NCBI GenBank assembly: GCA_964036045.1
Contig: OZ038379.1
Location: 2,480,001 to 2,544,000 of the forward strand
From: Eutreptiella sp. 'Long Island Sound 2002'
Lineage: Eukaryota; Protista; Euglenida
Length of the DNA: 64,000 bases
Reading direction: 5' to 3'
Numbering within the stretch: the first letter of the stretch is position 1; each line of letters opens with the position of its first letter. The notes under the pieces are model-generated. The model had not been told where the DNA came from and made no database searches. It saw only the letters and a list, made by a program, of their open reading frames with translations. A program made the translations under genes and the position numbers. Shown here one piece after another: positions 26,750-38,247 of this stretch.

Positions 26750-29166
26750 ACCTACAATGCTTCTTGCACCATTGATCTCATTATTTGAGACTTTTGACAT
26801 AAAAAGAAAAACAATTAACATTGGGTCTTGATGAAAGGCATAGATTATGCGTTGGCCATTTTGCCATTCGCCAGCACTTGTTGAGACATGGCAGTACCCC
26901 TGGCGTCTTCCACACTGCCGAAGGTGCACCTCCCCCCGCCCCCTCCCCCCGAAAGTGGCGGCCGATTTTGCTGATTTGTTCTGCCGATTGTTGGGTTTCT
27001 TGATATTGCCGATTGGTTCTGCCGAGTTGCTGGGGGTTCTGAATGCTGCGTTGTTGGCCGAGGGCACTGTTGTTGTCCGTTGTGCTGCCGCAACCTTGTC
27101 ACGAGCACATCACCTCTTGGGGTGCCACATGACAGTGGGACAACAATTGCATGCCGTTCTGCGCAAGGTTCACATTTGGAAAGGCAGACGGAAGTTGACG
27201 GAAGAATACCCCTCCACCCCGTCCATGGGGACAGGCGACGGAGGTAACAGTGTCGTGGTGCATGCAAGGCATACCACGCAGAGATTCATTCAAGATTCAT
27301 TCATTCAAGGAGTCAAGCTGCAGGGATGGTTGATCGACATCACACGAACAGGCGGATTGGGTCCAGAAAAGGGACCGCATTGTTGTACCTCTTCGGGGTG
27401 GGGGGGGGGGGGGGGTTGAACCCGCTGGGTTGACCCAACTGGAAAATCTTGCGCCCTCCACTTGCGGATTCAATTTTGCCCAAAATGGATGGATGTGGGG
27501 TCAGGGTTGGACTTACAACTCGGTGGGTCTCACTGGGTCACACATCAAATGTGGGTGGGTGCCTGTCTATGCGTGGGGAGGTGAATGCATGCACAGCACA
27601 CCTGGCACTCCTGGCTGTTGGGATCTACGACGCAGTCCCACCACTGGAAATAGTCGAACAAAAGCCAATGGGCACCACATTGAGCAGGCAGCTGCAAATG
27701 AAAGGTGCTTGAATGTACGAAAAATCTTGTTTTTGCATTTGCTGCAACACCTGCACATTCTGTTTGGCTTGTGTATTTGCGCTTGTTGCGCTGGAAAGGC
27801 AGCAATGCAAGCAACCCTCTACAATCCTTCATAACTTCCAAAAACTCCTCACAACCTTTCATCACCCAACCCGTAGGGAAGCAAGGAAGCTCTTCCGTGC
27901 AATGTTTCCATTCAGGCACACGCCTGCTCCTCATCCCCCAAACAGACACAGCAGACCTGCATCCTGCTGTTTGTCGGCAGTGTTCTGTACATCATCAACC
28001 TCATCATCATCGCTCACCGGCCCCAAAGGCCGCCCTGCTTTTGCATCCAATTCGTCCGGCCCATCCTCATCCAAACTAATCTCGCTACCAGAACCATCAC
28101 CATCGTTTGCACCTGCAACAGACAAGAATCGGCGAAGACATCCCCACAAATCGGGGGACCCATTTTTCATCAAAGCAGCTTGCCACTGACCTGGATCTTG
28201 GTTGCAGGCCCCAAACACACCTTCCTTTTGGTTGTTGTGCAGTTACAGTCATGTGGAAACCAAAACAATGTGTCCAGATTTTCAAGAACTTTCACCCCTC
28301 GGTTATGTGTATGGCCCTTGAGCAGTGTATGTCAGACGCAGCCAGGACCCTAGTGGTCTGTGTTCTGGTCCCGCATTTGGAGGTTAACGGTTTAAATGCC
28401 ATTGCTTACAGTTGTATCACCTGCCTCAGACTGGTCAACCTGATGGAAAACTGTTTTTTCATGCACAAACAAAGCCTGCCACAAAAAACTAAATGCACAC
28501 AGAAACCCCATTAGAACATTGCTGGAAATCAACATTGTGACCGGAGCGCACGAAGAATGAACTGGGGCGTGCAGAGCGACAACACAAATCGCAAACTGCA
28601 CCCTCACCACCATCAGGGTGCTTGTCCCGCATCAGCGGGGGACAAAGAAGCCCAGGGGACCACAGATGCACCTTTTTGTGGGCGGCAAAAACACTTTATG
28701 CGTCAATCTGAACAACCAACAGAAAAAAAACATGAAATCTCCACCAACCCAAAATAAATGGTGCACATCTCAGAGCATTTACATGGTTTCCTCATCAGGT
28801 GCCATTTTCTCCGCAGCGGCGGCAGAAAAGAGACAACGTGGCTGCGTAACTTGAGGTAGGGCAACCGGGACCTCCTTCCTTTAAACATCCATTGGTGCAT
28901 AGAGAACAATCAAATTGGAAACCATGATCCAAGGGAGATGCCCCCCCCCCCCTCCTCTCCCCGCTCCTCTCCCCGTCTCTTTGCAATTGTATTATTGAAT
29001 GCAACGGGGATATGCAACCCCCCCCCCCCCTTCTCTTCATGTCATCCCCATGTCTTCCAACCAACCTACAATTGTTCTTGCACCATTGATCCCATTATTT
29101 GAGACTTTTGACAAAGAAAGATAAAAAATTAACATTGGGTCTCGATGAAAGGCAGAGATTATGTGT
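26750..29166. repeat. ~105-bp direct repeat (26750-26856 and 29063-29166)
   Basis: aacctacaat..cttgcaccattgatc.cattatttgagacttttgac...aacattgggtct.gatgaaaggca.agattatg in both places. Confidence 0.85.
27450..28220 (-). pseudogene. Decayed ORF with acidic tract, unknown function
   Basis: ...GSPDLWGCLRRFLSVAGANDGDGSGSEISLDEDGPDELD... followed by in-frame stops. No family recognised. Confidence 0.25.
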
Positions 29167-29950
29167 TGGAACTTGAGGTATGGAAACCGGGACCTCCTTC
29201 CTTTAAACATTCATTGGTGCATAGACAACAGTCAAATTGGAAACCATGATCCAAGGGAGATGCCCCCTCCTCTCCCCGCCCCTCTCCCCGTCTCTTTGCA
29301 ATTGTATCATTGAATGCAACAGGGATATGCAACCCCCCCCCCCCCCCTCTCTCCCCGTCATACCCATGTCCTTTGGGTACATTCTTTGGGAGCTCCCCCT
29401 TCCCATCATACACTTTCACGGTTGTCAATCTAACATGGCTCTTCAAAGTAAGCTATCATCCCTCTTTCCTTGAAACATTCATTCGTGTTTAGACAACAAT
29501 CAAAGTGGAACCCATGATCCAAGGGAAATGTCCTAACCTGCCCCCCCCTCCTCCCTCCGTTCCGTCTCTTTGCAATTGTATCATCCAATGAAACGGGGAT
29601 ATGCCCCCCCCCCCCCATCCCTATGTATGATGTAATACGACGGAGATATGCAACGCCCCGCCCCCTCTTCCCGTCATCTCGCTTCTCATTCGAATATCCC
29701 TGTGGTAATCCCCATGTCCTTCGGGTACGTTCTTTGGGGGTACTCGCTTCCAATCATACACTTTCACGATTGTCAATTTAACATGGCTTTTCAAAGCAAG
29801 ATATCATCCTTCCTTCCTTGAAACATTCATTCATGTTTAGACGACAATCAAAGTGGAGCCCATGATGGAAGGGAAATGTTCTCCCCCCCCCCCCTCCTCC
29901 CTCCCTCTCTTTGCAATTGTATGATCTAATGAAACCTTGGATGTATAAAA
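28850..29950. repeat. Four diverged ~270-350-bp tandem units with poly-C tracts
   Basis: aaacat(c/t)catt...aacaatcaaa.tggaa.ccatgat..aaggga.atg...tctctttgcaattgtat recurs at about 28884, 29204, 29473 and 29821. Confidence 0.85.
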
Positions 29951-31510
29951 ACGATGGTGAACGCAAAGGAAGGGAGGTGGGCGGGAGCTTTCTATGAGAT
30001 GCACAACCAAAGATACGGCGTGGCTTTTTATGGAAAGCAACGGGCAATGGTTTGGTTGACAAAAAGCAATGGTAGGAATGCTTCGGGGGGCAAGGCGGGG
30101 CATCAAACATCAAACAAATGGCTTCCTTTGGAAAACAAATTGATGAAAGCTATAATGAAGGTTCGTGATGGGAAGGGGGTGGATGGTTGCATATTCCCAA
30201 TAAAGCAAACAAACACGGGCAAAGGCAACATGGCACGGTTCGTCACATGATGGCATGATGGTTCGTCGACTTCATTTTACAATATTCACACTATTTACAA
30301 TCTATTTACAACTTTTTTACCTATTATTAATTATTATCCTTCTTCCGTGATCCAAAAGACCTCTTCCCCCTTCAAGACATCCAAGAATACTTGAAGAATG
30401 GCCACGTAGCGTGGCCATAGTGGGTGGTTGTGGTACTCCGCTTCCGCAAAATGGGCCGGAATCCCGGCCAAATCCGCCGCCGCGGCCACCACTCTCTCGC
30501 CCTATCAGATGGGAACATGAGGTGAAAAATAGAATGCGGAATTAACATGCTGAATGCATATGGCACACATAGGGGAGTGCAAACACATGGTTTTTATGAG
30601 GGTTTGGTAGCTGAAAAACTGCACTCGCACAGAACGCGCTGATTCGCACCTCGAAGTACGCGGAAAACCGCCGCTGCCAGAACGGCGTTGTCAGATTTCA
30701 AATTAGCGCTCGCAAAAATCTTCCGCTGGTGTCTGAGGGTTCATGGTATCGCGGTTTCCGTCGCAGAAGTGCTGCAGCTGTCACGCGCTCTTCAGAAAGC
30801 GCCTGCAGACAGCGCAAACGGTCACGCGCTCTGCAGAAGGTCTGTTCCAAAACAGACCTTCTTTTTTTTACCAGAAAAACGCGCCGAACTTTAGTATATC
30901 TTCCGTACTGTAAAACTACATATGGTATAATGCTCTGCGCAGCGCAAAACGACCGATATGCACGAACGCGTTTTGGAAGAGAAACAGGGGTCGTGGTGCA
31001 CGCCGGAGCATACCTCGAAGCCACGGAGGTCTCGGTCCTCCCTCATAGCCTCGGCGGTTCGCACCACGCGGTCCGCCAAGGCCACGAGGGGGACATACCT
31101 TGGGTGTGGGCACATTTTGGGTTTTGTTGTAGCTAAAGCAAAGGAGGACAACTACCGCACATACACAGCGAAAAGGGCAACGGAGGACGCTTGACGAAGA
31201 CCCTCGCATGTCACACTTGCGTTGTTGCTCGCTTTGTTGTTTGCATTGAGTTTAAAACTCAAAGAAGTTGAAAAAAAATTTTAACCTAGAAAAAGTTGTA
31301 CAACTTATGTAGACTTTCGTTCCGCATATACTCGTATAATTGTTTTTGTGTCGGATGCTTTCATCCTTTTTTTTTCTTGAATTACTACTGACAGTTGACG
31401 GCCTGCCTGGCAGGGCCAGTCGCCAGCCGGCGGCCAGCCCACAGAGCCGCACAGGCGACGGCGTTTGGAACGACAACGAACACGACGACAATACACAATT
31501 AAATATAGTA

Positions 31511-31542
31511 CTAGTGTAAATGCCGGCGCTTGAAGCGCGGGC
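31511..31542 (-). mobile_element. Helitron 3' terminus (GC-rich hairpin + CTAG followed by host T)
   Basis: Minus strand gcccgcgct-tca-agcgccggc (8 of 9 pairs), 7 nt, CTAG|T. It lies ~860 bp downstream of the PIF1 stop. Matches the canonical hairpin/CTRR/T rule. Confidence 0.7.
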
Positions 31543-32212
31543 CGTACCGACAACAGGGAAGCTATAATCGTGAAGTTGGCCCCTTGGAGGAATCCGTAAC
31601 TTTCGTTGAATGGAGTGTTGCAAATGGATTTTTACCACGTTGCAAAGTGTAACATCTTTTAGGTGGACGCAAAACACTTCTAATGGGCATTATCTCTTTT
31701 GCGGTAAAGTATTCGGTGTTTGTATGTTTGTAGTGTTGTAGCTAACGAATTTTGAAAAAAAAGTAATGAGGAGGACAGTTTAAAGGCACCACGTAACGCC
31801 GCCTGGTTAATTTGCACTTGGAAGTTTTCGAGGCTTTGAAAATTGACGGGCTTATAGTAGCAAGCCATTGCTCTTTAGGAGAACCTGAAAACAATTATGA
31901 CCAACTTCCTTACCTGAAGGGAATGAAGGTGTTTACCAGACACAATGTGGCAAATAATTGCGTTTGAAAATTGTTTTGCTATTTAATGGGACGAAACACA
32001 TTTACAGGCAAATAGAACCTTGACAATATTCACTTTAGAGGCAAGTTCACCCACACACCAACAGGAATGCCAACGGACAATAGGTACATGAAAGTTGAAT
32101 CTCGCATCATACAAGGTTCAAAGCGTTTGCCCACTTGCTGGCGTCGCCCCAAGCACATGTTCCTACAATGACACGGCTTGTACGGCATAACGTACATTGT
32201 CAGCGGCTGCGG

Positions 32213-32285
32213 CGTTAGGGATAGAGGTTGACTTAGCACCAAAGTTGTAGTTGGGGTTAGGGCAAGGGTCAAGGTGAGGGTTGGT
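32213..32285. repeat. Degenerate (TTAGGG)n/(CCCTAA)n-like tract in Helitron 3' UTR
   Basis: Minus strand 6-nt periodicity: CTCACC TTGACC CTTGCC CTAACC CCAACT ACAACT ... CTATCC CTAACG. Confidence 0.55.
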
Positions 32286-32368
32286 GTCAAATATATGTAG
32301 AAAACGTGGGTTTCAGATGTAAATGGAACGTGAACAAGACACACTCCGGTGACGAGTGGAGCCACACT

Positions 32369-33068
32369 TCATCCAGCAAGGCAATGGACGACGGCGAAAT
32401 CAAGAAAAATTTCAGACCATACAATGTTCGGAGTGTTTGCCTCCTTGGTTACATCCCCCCAAGCACGTTCCCCCAAAATGACGCGAACGCCACGGTGTGA
32501 GGTACCCCGCGAAAAGCCAACATATAGTTGTCCATGGGCAAAAACAGGATTCTCCAAGAGCAACCCCAACCTTTCAAACGACTGCCCTTGGGAACGATTA
32601 ATCTTCAAGGCGAAAGCCAACTTTATTGGAAATTGTCGCCTAATAAATCTGACCGACAACATTTCAGAATCACCACACGTCAAATTGATGCGTGGAATGA
32701 GCACAACGTTTCCTTTTCGGGGACCTGAGACAATTTCTGCTTGGATGTTGAAGTTCAGGCACTTTGTTACCAACAAGCGTGTTCCATTCATCAAGCCCTC
32801 CTTACGGTTGAGATTGCGCAGTAGAATGATAGGGGCCCCCACCTTAAGCTTGAGCTCGTGACGTGCCATGCCCGGATGCTCAAGCTTGTTCAAGAGTTCC
32901 AGAGGATAGGTAGCTGCATCTTCTTGGCAATCGGCACCAAAATAGTCCGCACTGACATAAACAAACTCCTCTCCCGGCAAGCTCTGCAAGGCCGCTTCGT
33001 TGATAGCATTGGTTTCTTGATTTCGGGGTGCCAGGATACAACCAGACATAAATAGACATAAATTCCTC
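32369..33068 (-). pseudogene. Helitron RepHel: PIF1 helicase C-terminal half
   Basis: ILAPRN, HELKLKVGAPIILLRNL, GLMNGTRL, RRQFPIKLAFALKINRSQGQS, FAHGQLYVGFSR are PIF1 (SF1B) motifs. A 10-bp duplication at 33044-33063 shifts the frame. Confidence 0.95.
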
Positions 33069-34297
33069 CCCTGTGTGCGCGCAATGGTGCATTCTTTCCA
33101 TAGTGCGCGCAAATTTTGAAAAATATGACCTTTGTAGCGCGCCTATTGCGCGCGCTCCACCGCGCTATATTGTCCTGTTTTTCAAAACCTGAAAATGTTT
33201 CAAAACCATGCTTTTTCCAGTGTCATGTGTTTCTCAAAAACCGCAGAAAATCCTGCGGCGTCTGGATGCACCCCGGATGGGAACCACACCACTGTCAATG
33301 GCACTCTGGAGAAAAGCAAGATTGTTAGCCCAGACCTCGGACAACACAGAGGTGGACTTCTCACCACAAAGGGCGACGTTAACAGTCCAGTGGTAGGACA
33401 ACGTCCTTGCCAAGTGACCATGGTTGGCAAAGGAAATGGACATTTGGCAACCACGATTCCCCCCCACAAGGCAACCCATCCCCCCTCACAATGATCCACA
33501 GCTCTCCTTGGCACTCCCTTGGGTATTGGAGATTAGAAACAATGGAATCAAAGGAAAATATATAGTCGAAAAAGTGCTGCAGGGGCCATTGCGAAAAGAC
33601 CGTGACGCCATGTGTGTGCACGTCAACCTCTAAATGCTGCCTACTTGCAAGCTGGTTCCATTCTGTGGCGAAACTAGCATAGGACGGTAGAGAAAAAAGG
33701 TGTGTGGGGACCTTACTTCGGGTCCAAGTAATCAAATCTTTGTACCTGAGGAAATAGCGCGCGCAACATGAGAACGTAGCGCGCACAGAAGTCAACGAAG
33801 CGCGTGCTAAGAGCGGAAGTGCGCGCAATGTCACATGCAAAGCGCGCGCAATAATACCTTCTTCTCGGAATCTTTAGGAGCAGGACCAAGTCTTCCACCG
33901 ACAGGGGTGTGACGGCGTTGGCAGCCTCGGTCCTGCGACGCTTCTTCTCTGCTTCAGACACGGGGACCCTTTTTTCCGACTTGGCCCACAAAGACCGTTG
34001 GACGGCAGACCCTGAGCAAAAAAACTCAACTAGGTCCGCCAAAAGGTCCTCGTTCTTCCACAAGGACCACCCATAGTGGGGGCCCAAAATGTTTGCAATC
34101 TTTCCTGACATTGACAACGTCACTTGCGGTGCCGGAAGCATCTGAAACTTTAGAGAAATAGGCGTTTTTGCCCTGCTCATTAGGACATGGGGTCACAAAC
34201 CCAAGACCCCGCGCCATAGCGCGCGATATGACCTGCAACGTCTTTGTAGTGCGCACTGAGCCATCGCGCGGCAATACCCTGTAGCGCGCACGCAGGG
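33069..34297 (-). mobile_element. Internally deleted CMC (CACTA/Mirage/Chapaev)-like DNA transposon, short copy
   Basis: TIRs CCCTGTGTGCGCGC / GCGCGCACGCAGGG (13/14) with 2-bp TSD TC. Removing it (and the 10-bp duplication) restores the PIF1 frame MSQEEFMSGCILAPRN. Superfamily assignment is inferred from termini, TSD and DDE motifs. Confidence 0.85.
33234..34141 (-). pseudogene. DDE transposase N-terminal/D1-D2 region (short copy), intron 33746-33857
   Basis: The spliced frame reads IPRR|RYKDLITW...LWIIVRGDGLPCGG (first catalytic D). After a frameshift it continues ...VALCGEKSTSVLSEVWANNL...RRIFCG and ends at the deletion breakpoint. Confidence 0.65.
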
Positions 34298-35016
34298 TCC
34301 TGGCTCATGGTTGGAAAGACGTGGTTTACTAGTGGCCAGGGGTCATCGCTTGGGATCAACATGTCTTCCGGTATGGGCAACGAATTGTCGATGGTGTCCT
34401 CCCCAACGGATAGCAACCAGCGTGCAAACTCACAGGTCTCGTCATCGTCAACTTGAGAAGTGCCTTGCACCCGAATATTGGTCGTCAATTCGAGTATTTT
34501 GAAATAGGGCCAGAGGTACGATTTTTTGAGGGTAGCTGCTATCACGGCCGCTCGAGAGCCACGAGGTACAACAGGCAAAATTTGCCTCCAATCCCCCGTC
34601 ATGACGACGGTCTTGCCCCCGAAGGGAACAAGTCGCAGTGCTTCATCATCGGCAACCATGATATCTTTCAGCAATTCATCCAATACGCGGAAGCAATCGT
34701 TGTCTGCCATGGGAGCCTCATCCCACACAATGAGTCGGCACTCACGACGTTCCGCGGCACGTTTGCTCTCCACAGGAGTGGATGATGTTCCGCCCTTTTG
34801 CGGCGAAATACCAAAAGCTGAGTGCGCAGTTGAACCATCATCCAAAAGAAGAGAAGCGATGCCAGTTGAGGCAACCGCAATCGCCCGTCGTCCCTGACTA
34901 CGTACATAGGCCAACATCAAATTGTTCACGTAAGTCTTTCCGCAGCCACCGCAACTCAGAATAAAGAAGCACTTTGCGTCGTTGCCGTCCAAATGTGTAC
35001 TCGCAGTGACCTGGTC
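34298..35016 (-). pseudogene. Helitron RepHel: PIF1 helicase N-terminal half
   Basis: GGCGKT (Walker A), AVASTGIASLLL, TAHSAF, LIVWDEAPM (Walker B), PFGGKTVVMTGDWRQILPV, LTTNIR. Confidence 0.95.
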
Positions 35017-37883
35017 CTAAATGTTGCGTTGCTGCTCTGTCAAGGTTGGCGCACCATCCTCAACGACACGTCGCAAGTGTGCAACATCATACCCTTCATC
35101 CTGACCGTCAGGCTTATCGGACGTTGCACTGGGCACTGGAAACGGCATAGAAGGAAACGAGCGAAGAGAAAGTCCTTGCTTTTGCAGCATGCTCTCGACC
35201 CGCAATAGGGCTTCATTCACAATCTCGGCATGCGTTGGCTCGTTTTTTGCGCCAGGATGTGTACGTTGCCAATTCCAACGAATGTCGCTGATGAACTCTT
35301 CCTCGTACTTTAACCACAGCTTGTAGGGATCTTTTGGGGAGTTGTACTCCAAGATGGTGCAAAAAAGAAGTCGTTGTCGGCCGGGTTTGTAGTACATTTT
35401 TGCCTCGTTCAGACATTGTTCCCACTCGGTGTCATCTTCTAGAAGGCCGCAACGTACGCATGCTTCTTGAAAAGTGGCACATAGGTTGCTGTTAACGGTA
35501 CGCAAATCTTGGAAAGAGGTTGCACGAGCAACATGGTGTAACAATAGTCGGAGAAAGTATACTTCGCCCGCATTCGGGAGCACAAAGTACATGCGACCAC
35601 TTACTGTGTTCGATCCTTTCTTTCGAAATTTCCACTCTTTGGTCCTTGCATCATACGTGACCGCTCGGCATAGTCGGTGTAGAGCAAGTGCTTACCGAAA
35701 GCATGACCCGGCTTGGCGTTGGACTTCAACCAAGCGACCAGTGGTGTGTCAGGGGGTCCATCTCCAACGATGTCAGTAAGATGTTGTTGGTCCTTCCATC
35801 GAACGTGCTGCTGGTTTTCTAAGTGAACTGGTAGCCGCAATACCAAGGGAAATTGCTCATGTAGGTCAAATGCCAATAGTCTCCACACTCCTTCAGATGT
35901 GCAAATGTACCGGCCCTCCACGAACTCCACAACTTCGTTGACTTGATCGTCTCGTAGGCTGGCTTCGCCCCGGTCAAACCCCTTGTAAATGTACTCGTGC
36001 AAGTATTTGATAGCCGCAAGTGAGGCAGAGTACTCCACGTTGATGTGGCAAGCATATTTTCTGGCCAACGCACGCACATGTGGAACCACCCAACGATTAT
36101 CAAGTTCATGCCCCCTGCATGTTATAGTGCGGCCGTTGTTGCGACGGCAATAAAGAGGATATCCGTTCTCGCTGTTCGTGGTCACATCTTGGAATTCCCT
36201 CGGGTACCGATTTTTACAACGTCCATCCTTCATGCATGACCATTTCGGGTCGAGGGAACCGCATGGACCGTGCATGTAGCATTTTCCAATAATCTCGTAC
36301 AGCTCCGGGTCCTCATCCTTGTCTCGAATCTCAGCACAAATGACAGAATCATAATCCTCAGGTGTGAGCAATTTGTAGCCGGCGGCAAAGATAACCAAGA
36401 TATGTGCATGTGGTAGCCCACGTTTTTGAAATTCGATGACATACATGTGGCCGACTGTGCGACCAAGATAGCCATCATTCAGAAGGTCTTCTAACAAAGA
36501 CTGCAGCTTCAGCTTGAAAACGCGGGTAATCGAATCGGGATGATCATTTGGTTTTTGTCCTGGCAGTAGAGCGGCCTCCACCTCCAGCCAATTGGGATTG
36601 GCTGCCATGGTAATTAACAGGTCTGCCTTGCCCCGTTCGTTACAAATAGCAATCCCATCCTGAAAAGCGGCATGAAGAGCGCGCGGACTCCCGCCAAAGG
36701 AGCTGGGCAAAATTGACCGCTTTCCAACGGATGAAGCGTTGCGATCACCTTTTTTGGGTAGCACCGTCAACACCCGAATACAAATGTGTGCGCAATTTGG
36801 ACTGGTTCTGGGAGACATATTGCAAGCGTTGAGATTCCACCTTGCAATACTGGTCCACGATGTATTCCTCGTACAATTTTTGACATCGTTGCAAATAATT
36901 TCCAATGTACGATTCCGGACGCTGCATGAGGTAGAAGGTGGCAAAGTCTCGGGCTGTAACCGTCTGATGGCTTTTGGGCTTTGGGGCATTGCCTTGCTCT
37001 AGATTTTCGCATGCGCCGCGCTGACGCCGATAAGTGACATTCAGGGGAATGTCAATTGTCTAGCCTTGCTCACCGCGCGGAAAAAGGAGTACAAAGTGTA
37101 AAGGATCGTGGGCAGAGTTCAGGTCGGTGATACGTTTGACCCCACCCCCATGCATGCGGACCGCAATGCTACGAAGAGCGGCAACATGACTGCCATCCGG
37201 AATGAACGATGCAATGTCGCTGACACGGGGAACATTGTAGGTGCGTGGGTCAACGTTGGCATTGCACCGGAGCAAGATGGTCACATTGGGGACCTCAAGC
37301 TCAGCCGCGTGTTGAAAAAATTGTACATAGGCGTTGTGTGTGTTCAGCATAGCTCCCAGTTGGCGGAGTAGATCCTCTCTCAATTCCGATGACAGTGGAA
37401 GTCCCTAACATGCCTTCACTTGATCTTCGGTTTCCAAAATGTACACCTGTGCAAACCGTGGTGGTCGATTTTCTCTCGGCGTCAGGGGACCCATGCGGTG
37501 ATACACATTTCCAGACACCCGAAACTGGTGAGGGCCACCCGCCATTGGCCCTTTCTTGAACCGCATGTCGATATTTGCTTCAAGAGAGGCCATGGTGAAG
37601 GCTGAGTTGTACTTCCGAATGTTTTGCCGAAAATGGCGTCCCTGTCCAGTTTGCTCGGTCAATAGGGTTTTGAGCGGTTCCGGTGGATCAAGCAGAATGG
37701 GAAGTTTCACTTGTCCGCCACGGCAACAAATGGTAGGTGGCTCGGCACTCCAACGTAAAGTGTGACAATGTTCACACTCCACTTCCATGTTGTCAAGGAC
37801 GTGGCGCTTGATGTGGGTAATATCTTCATCGGCCTTTGATCTAAACAAGCATTCGTGGCGCAACCTTTGCATTTCCAATGCAT
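35017..37883 (-). pseudogene. Helitron RepHel: Rep/HUH endonuclease domain and linker
   Basis: CEHC..CCRGGQV, FRQNIRKYNSAF, RFAQVYI, DPLHFVLLFPRGEQG, LLITMAANPNW, EFQKRGLPHAHIL (HUH), HGPCG, YLHEYIYKG (motif 3), YFLRLLL. Stops at 37405, 37060 and 35017; frameshifts near 36770 and 35650. Confidence 0.95.
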
Positions 37884-38247
37884 CCCTGTGTGCGCGCAAT
37901 GGTGCATTCTTTCCATAGTGCGCGCAAATTTTGAAAAATATGACCTTTGTAGCGCGCCTATTGCGCGCGCTCCACCGCGCTATATTGTCCTGTTTTTCAA
38001 AACCTGAAAATGTTTCAAAACCATGCTTTTTCCAGTGTCATGTGTTTCTCAAAAACCCCTTGCTTTTCCAAAACATTACCTGTTGCTCACCCATCCCAAG
38101 ACACATGCAAAAACACTTTCTGCAAGGTCTGAGAAGTGTGCAACACTACAGGTCCTCATGGGCAACAACAGTGTAGCGCGCGCAAAATATTTACAGCGCG
38201 CGCTATGGATCTTACGGCGCGCGCTATATCAGGTATAGCGCGCACTA

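Noticed and set aside
30370-30470. Perfect hairpins (atggccacg-tag-cgtggccat and others) as a Helitron end
   Set aside because: No CTRR/T at the right distance; 31511-31542 fits the rule better.
31884-31912. 29-nt GT-AG mini-intron-like sequence on the minus strand
   Set aside because: No flanking open exons; it lies in the AT-rich Helitron 3' region.
9420-37410. Alternative genetic code to explain frequent in-frame stops
   Set aside because: TGA, TAG and TAA all occur, often at conserved Trp/Arg/Gln-compatible positions alongside frameshifts, while young ORFs (RT, Rep2) are stop-free; this is decay.
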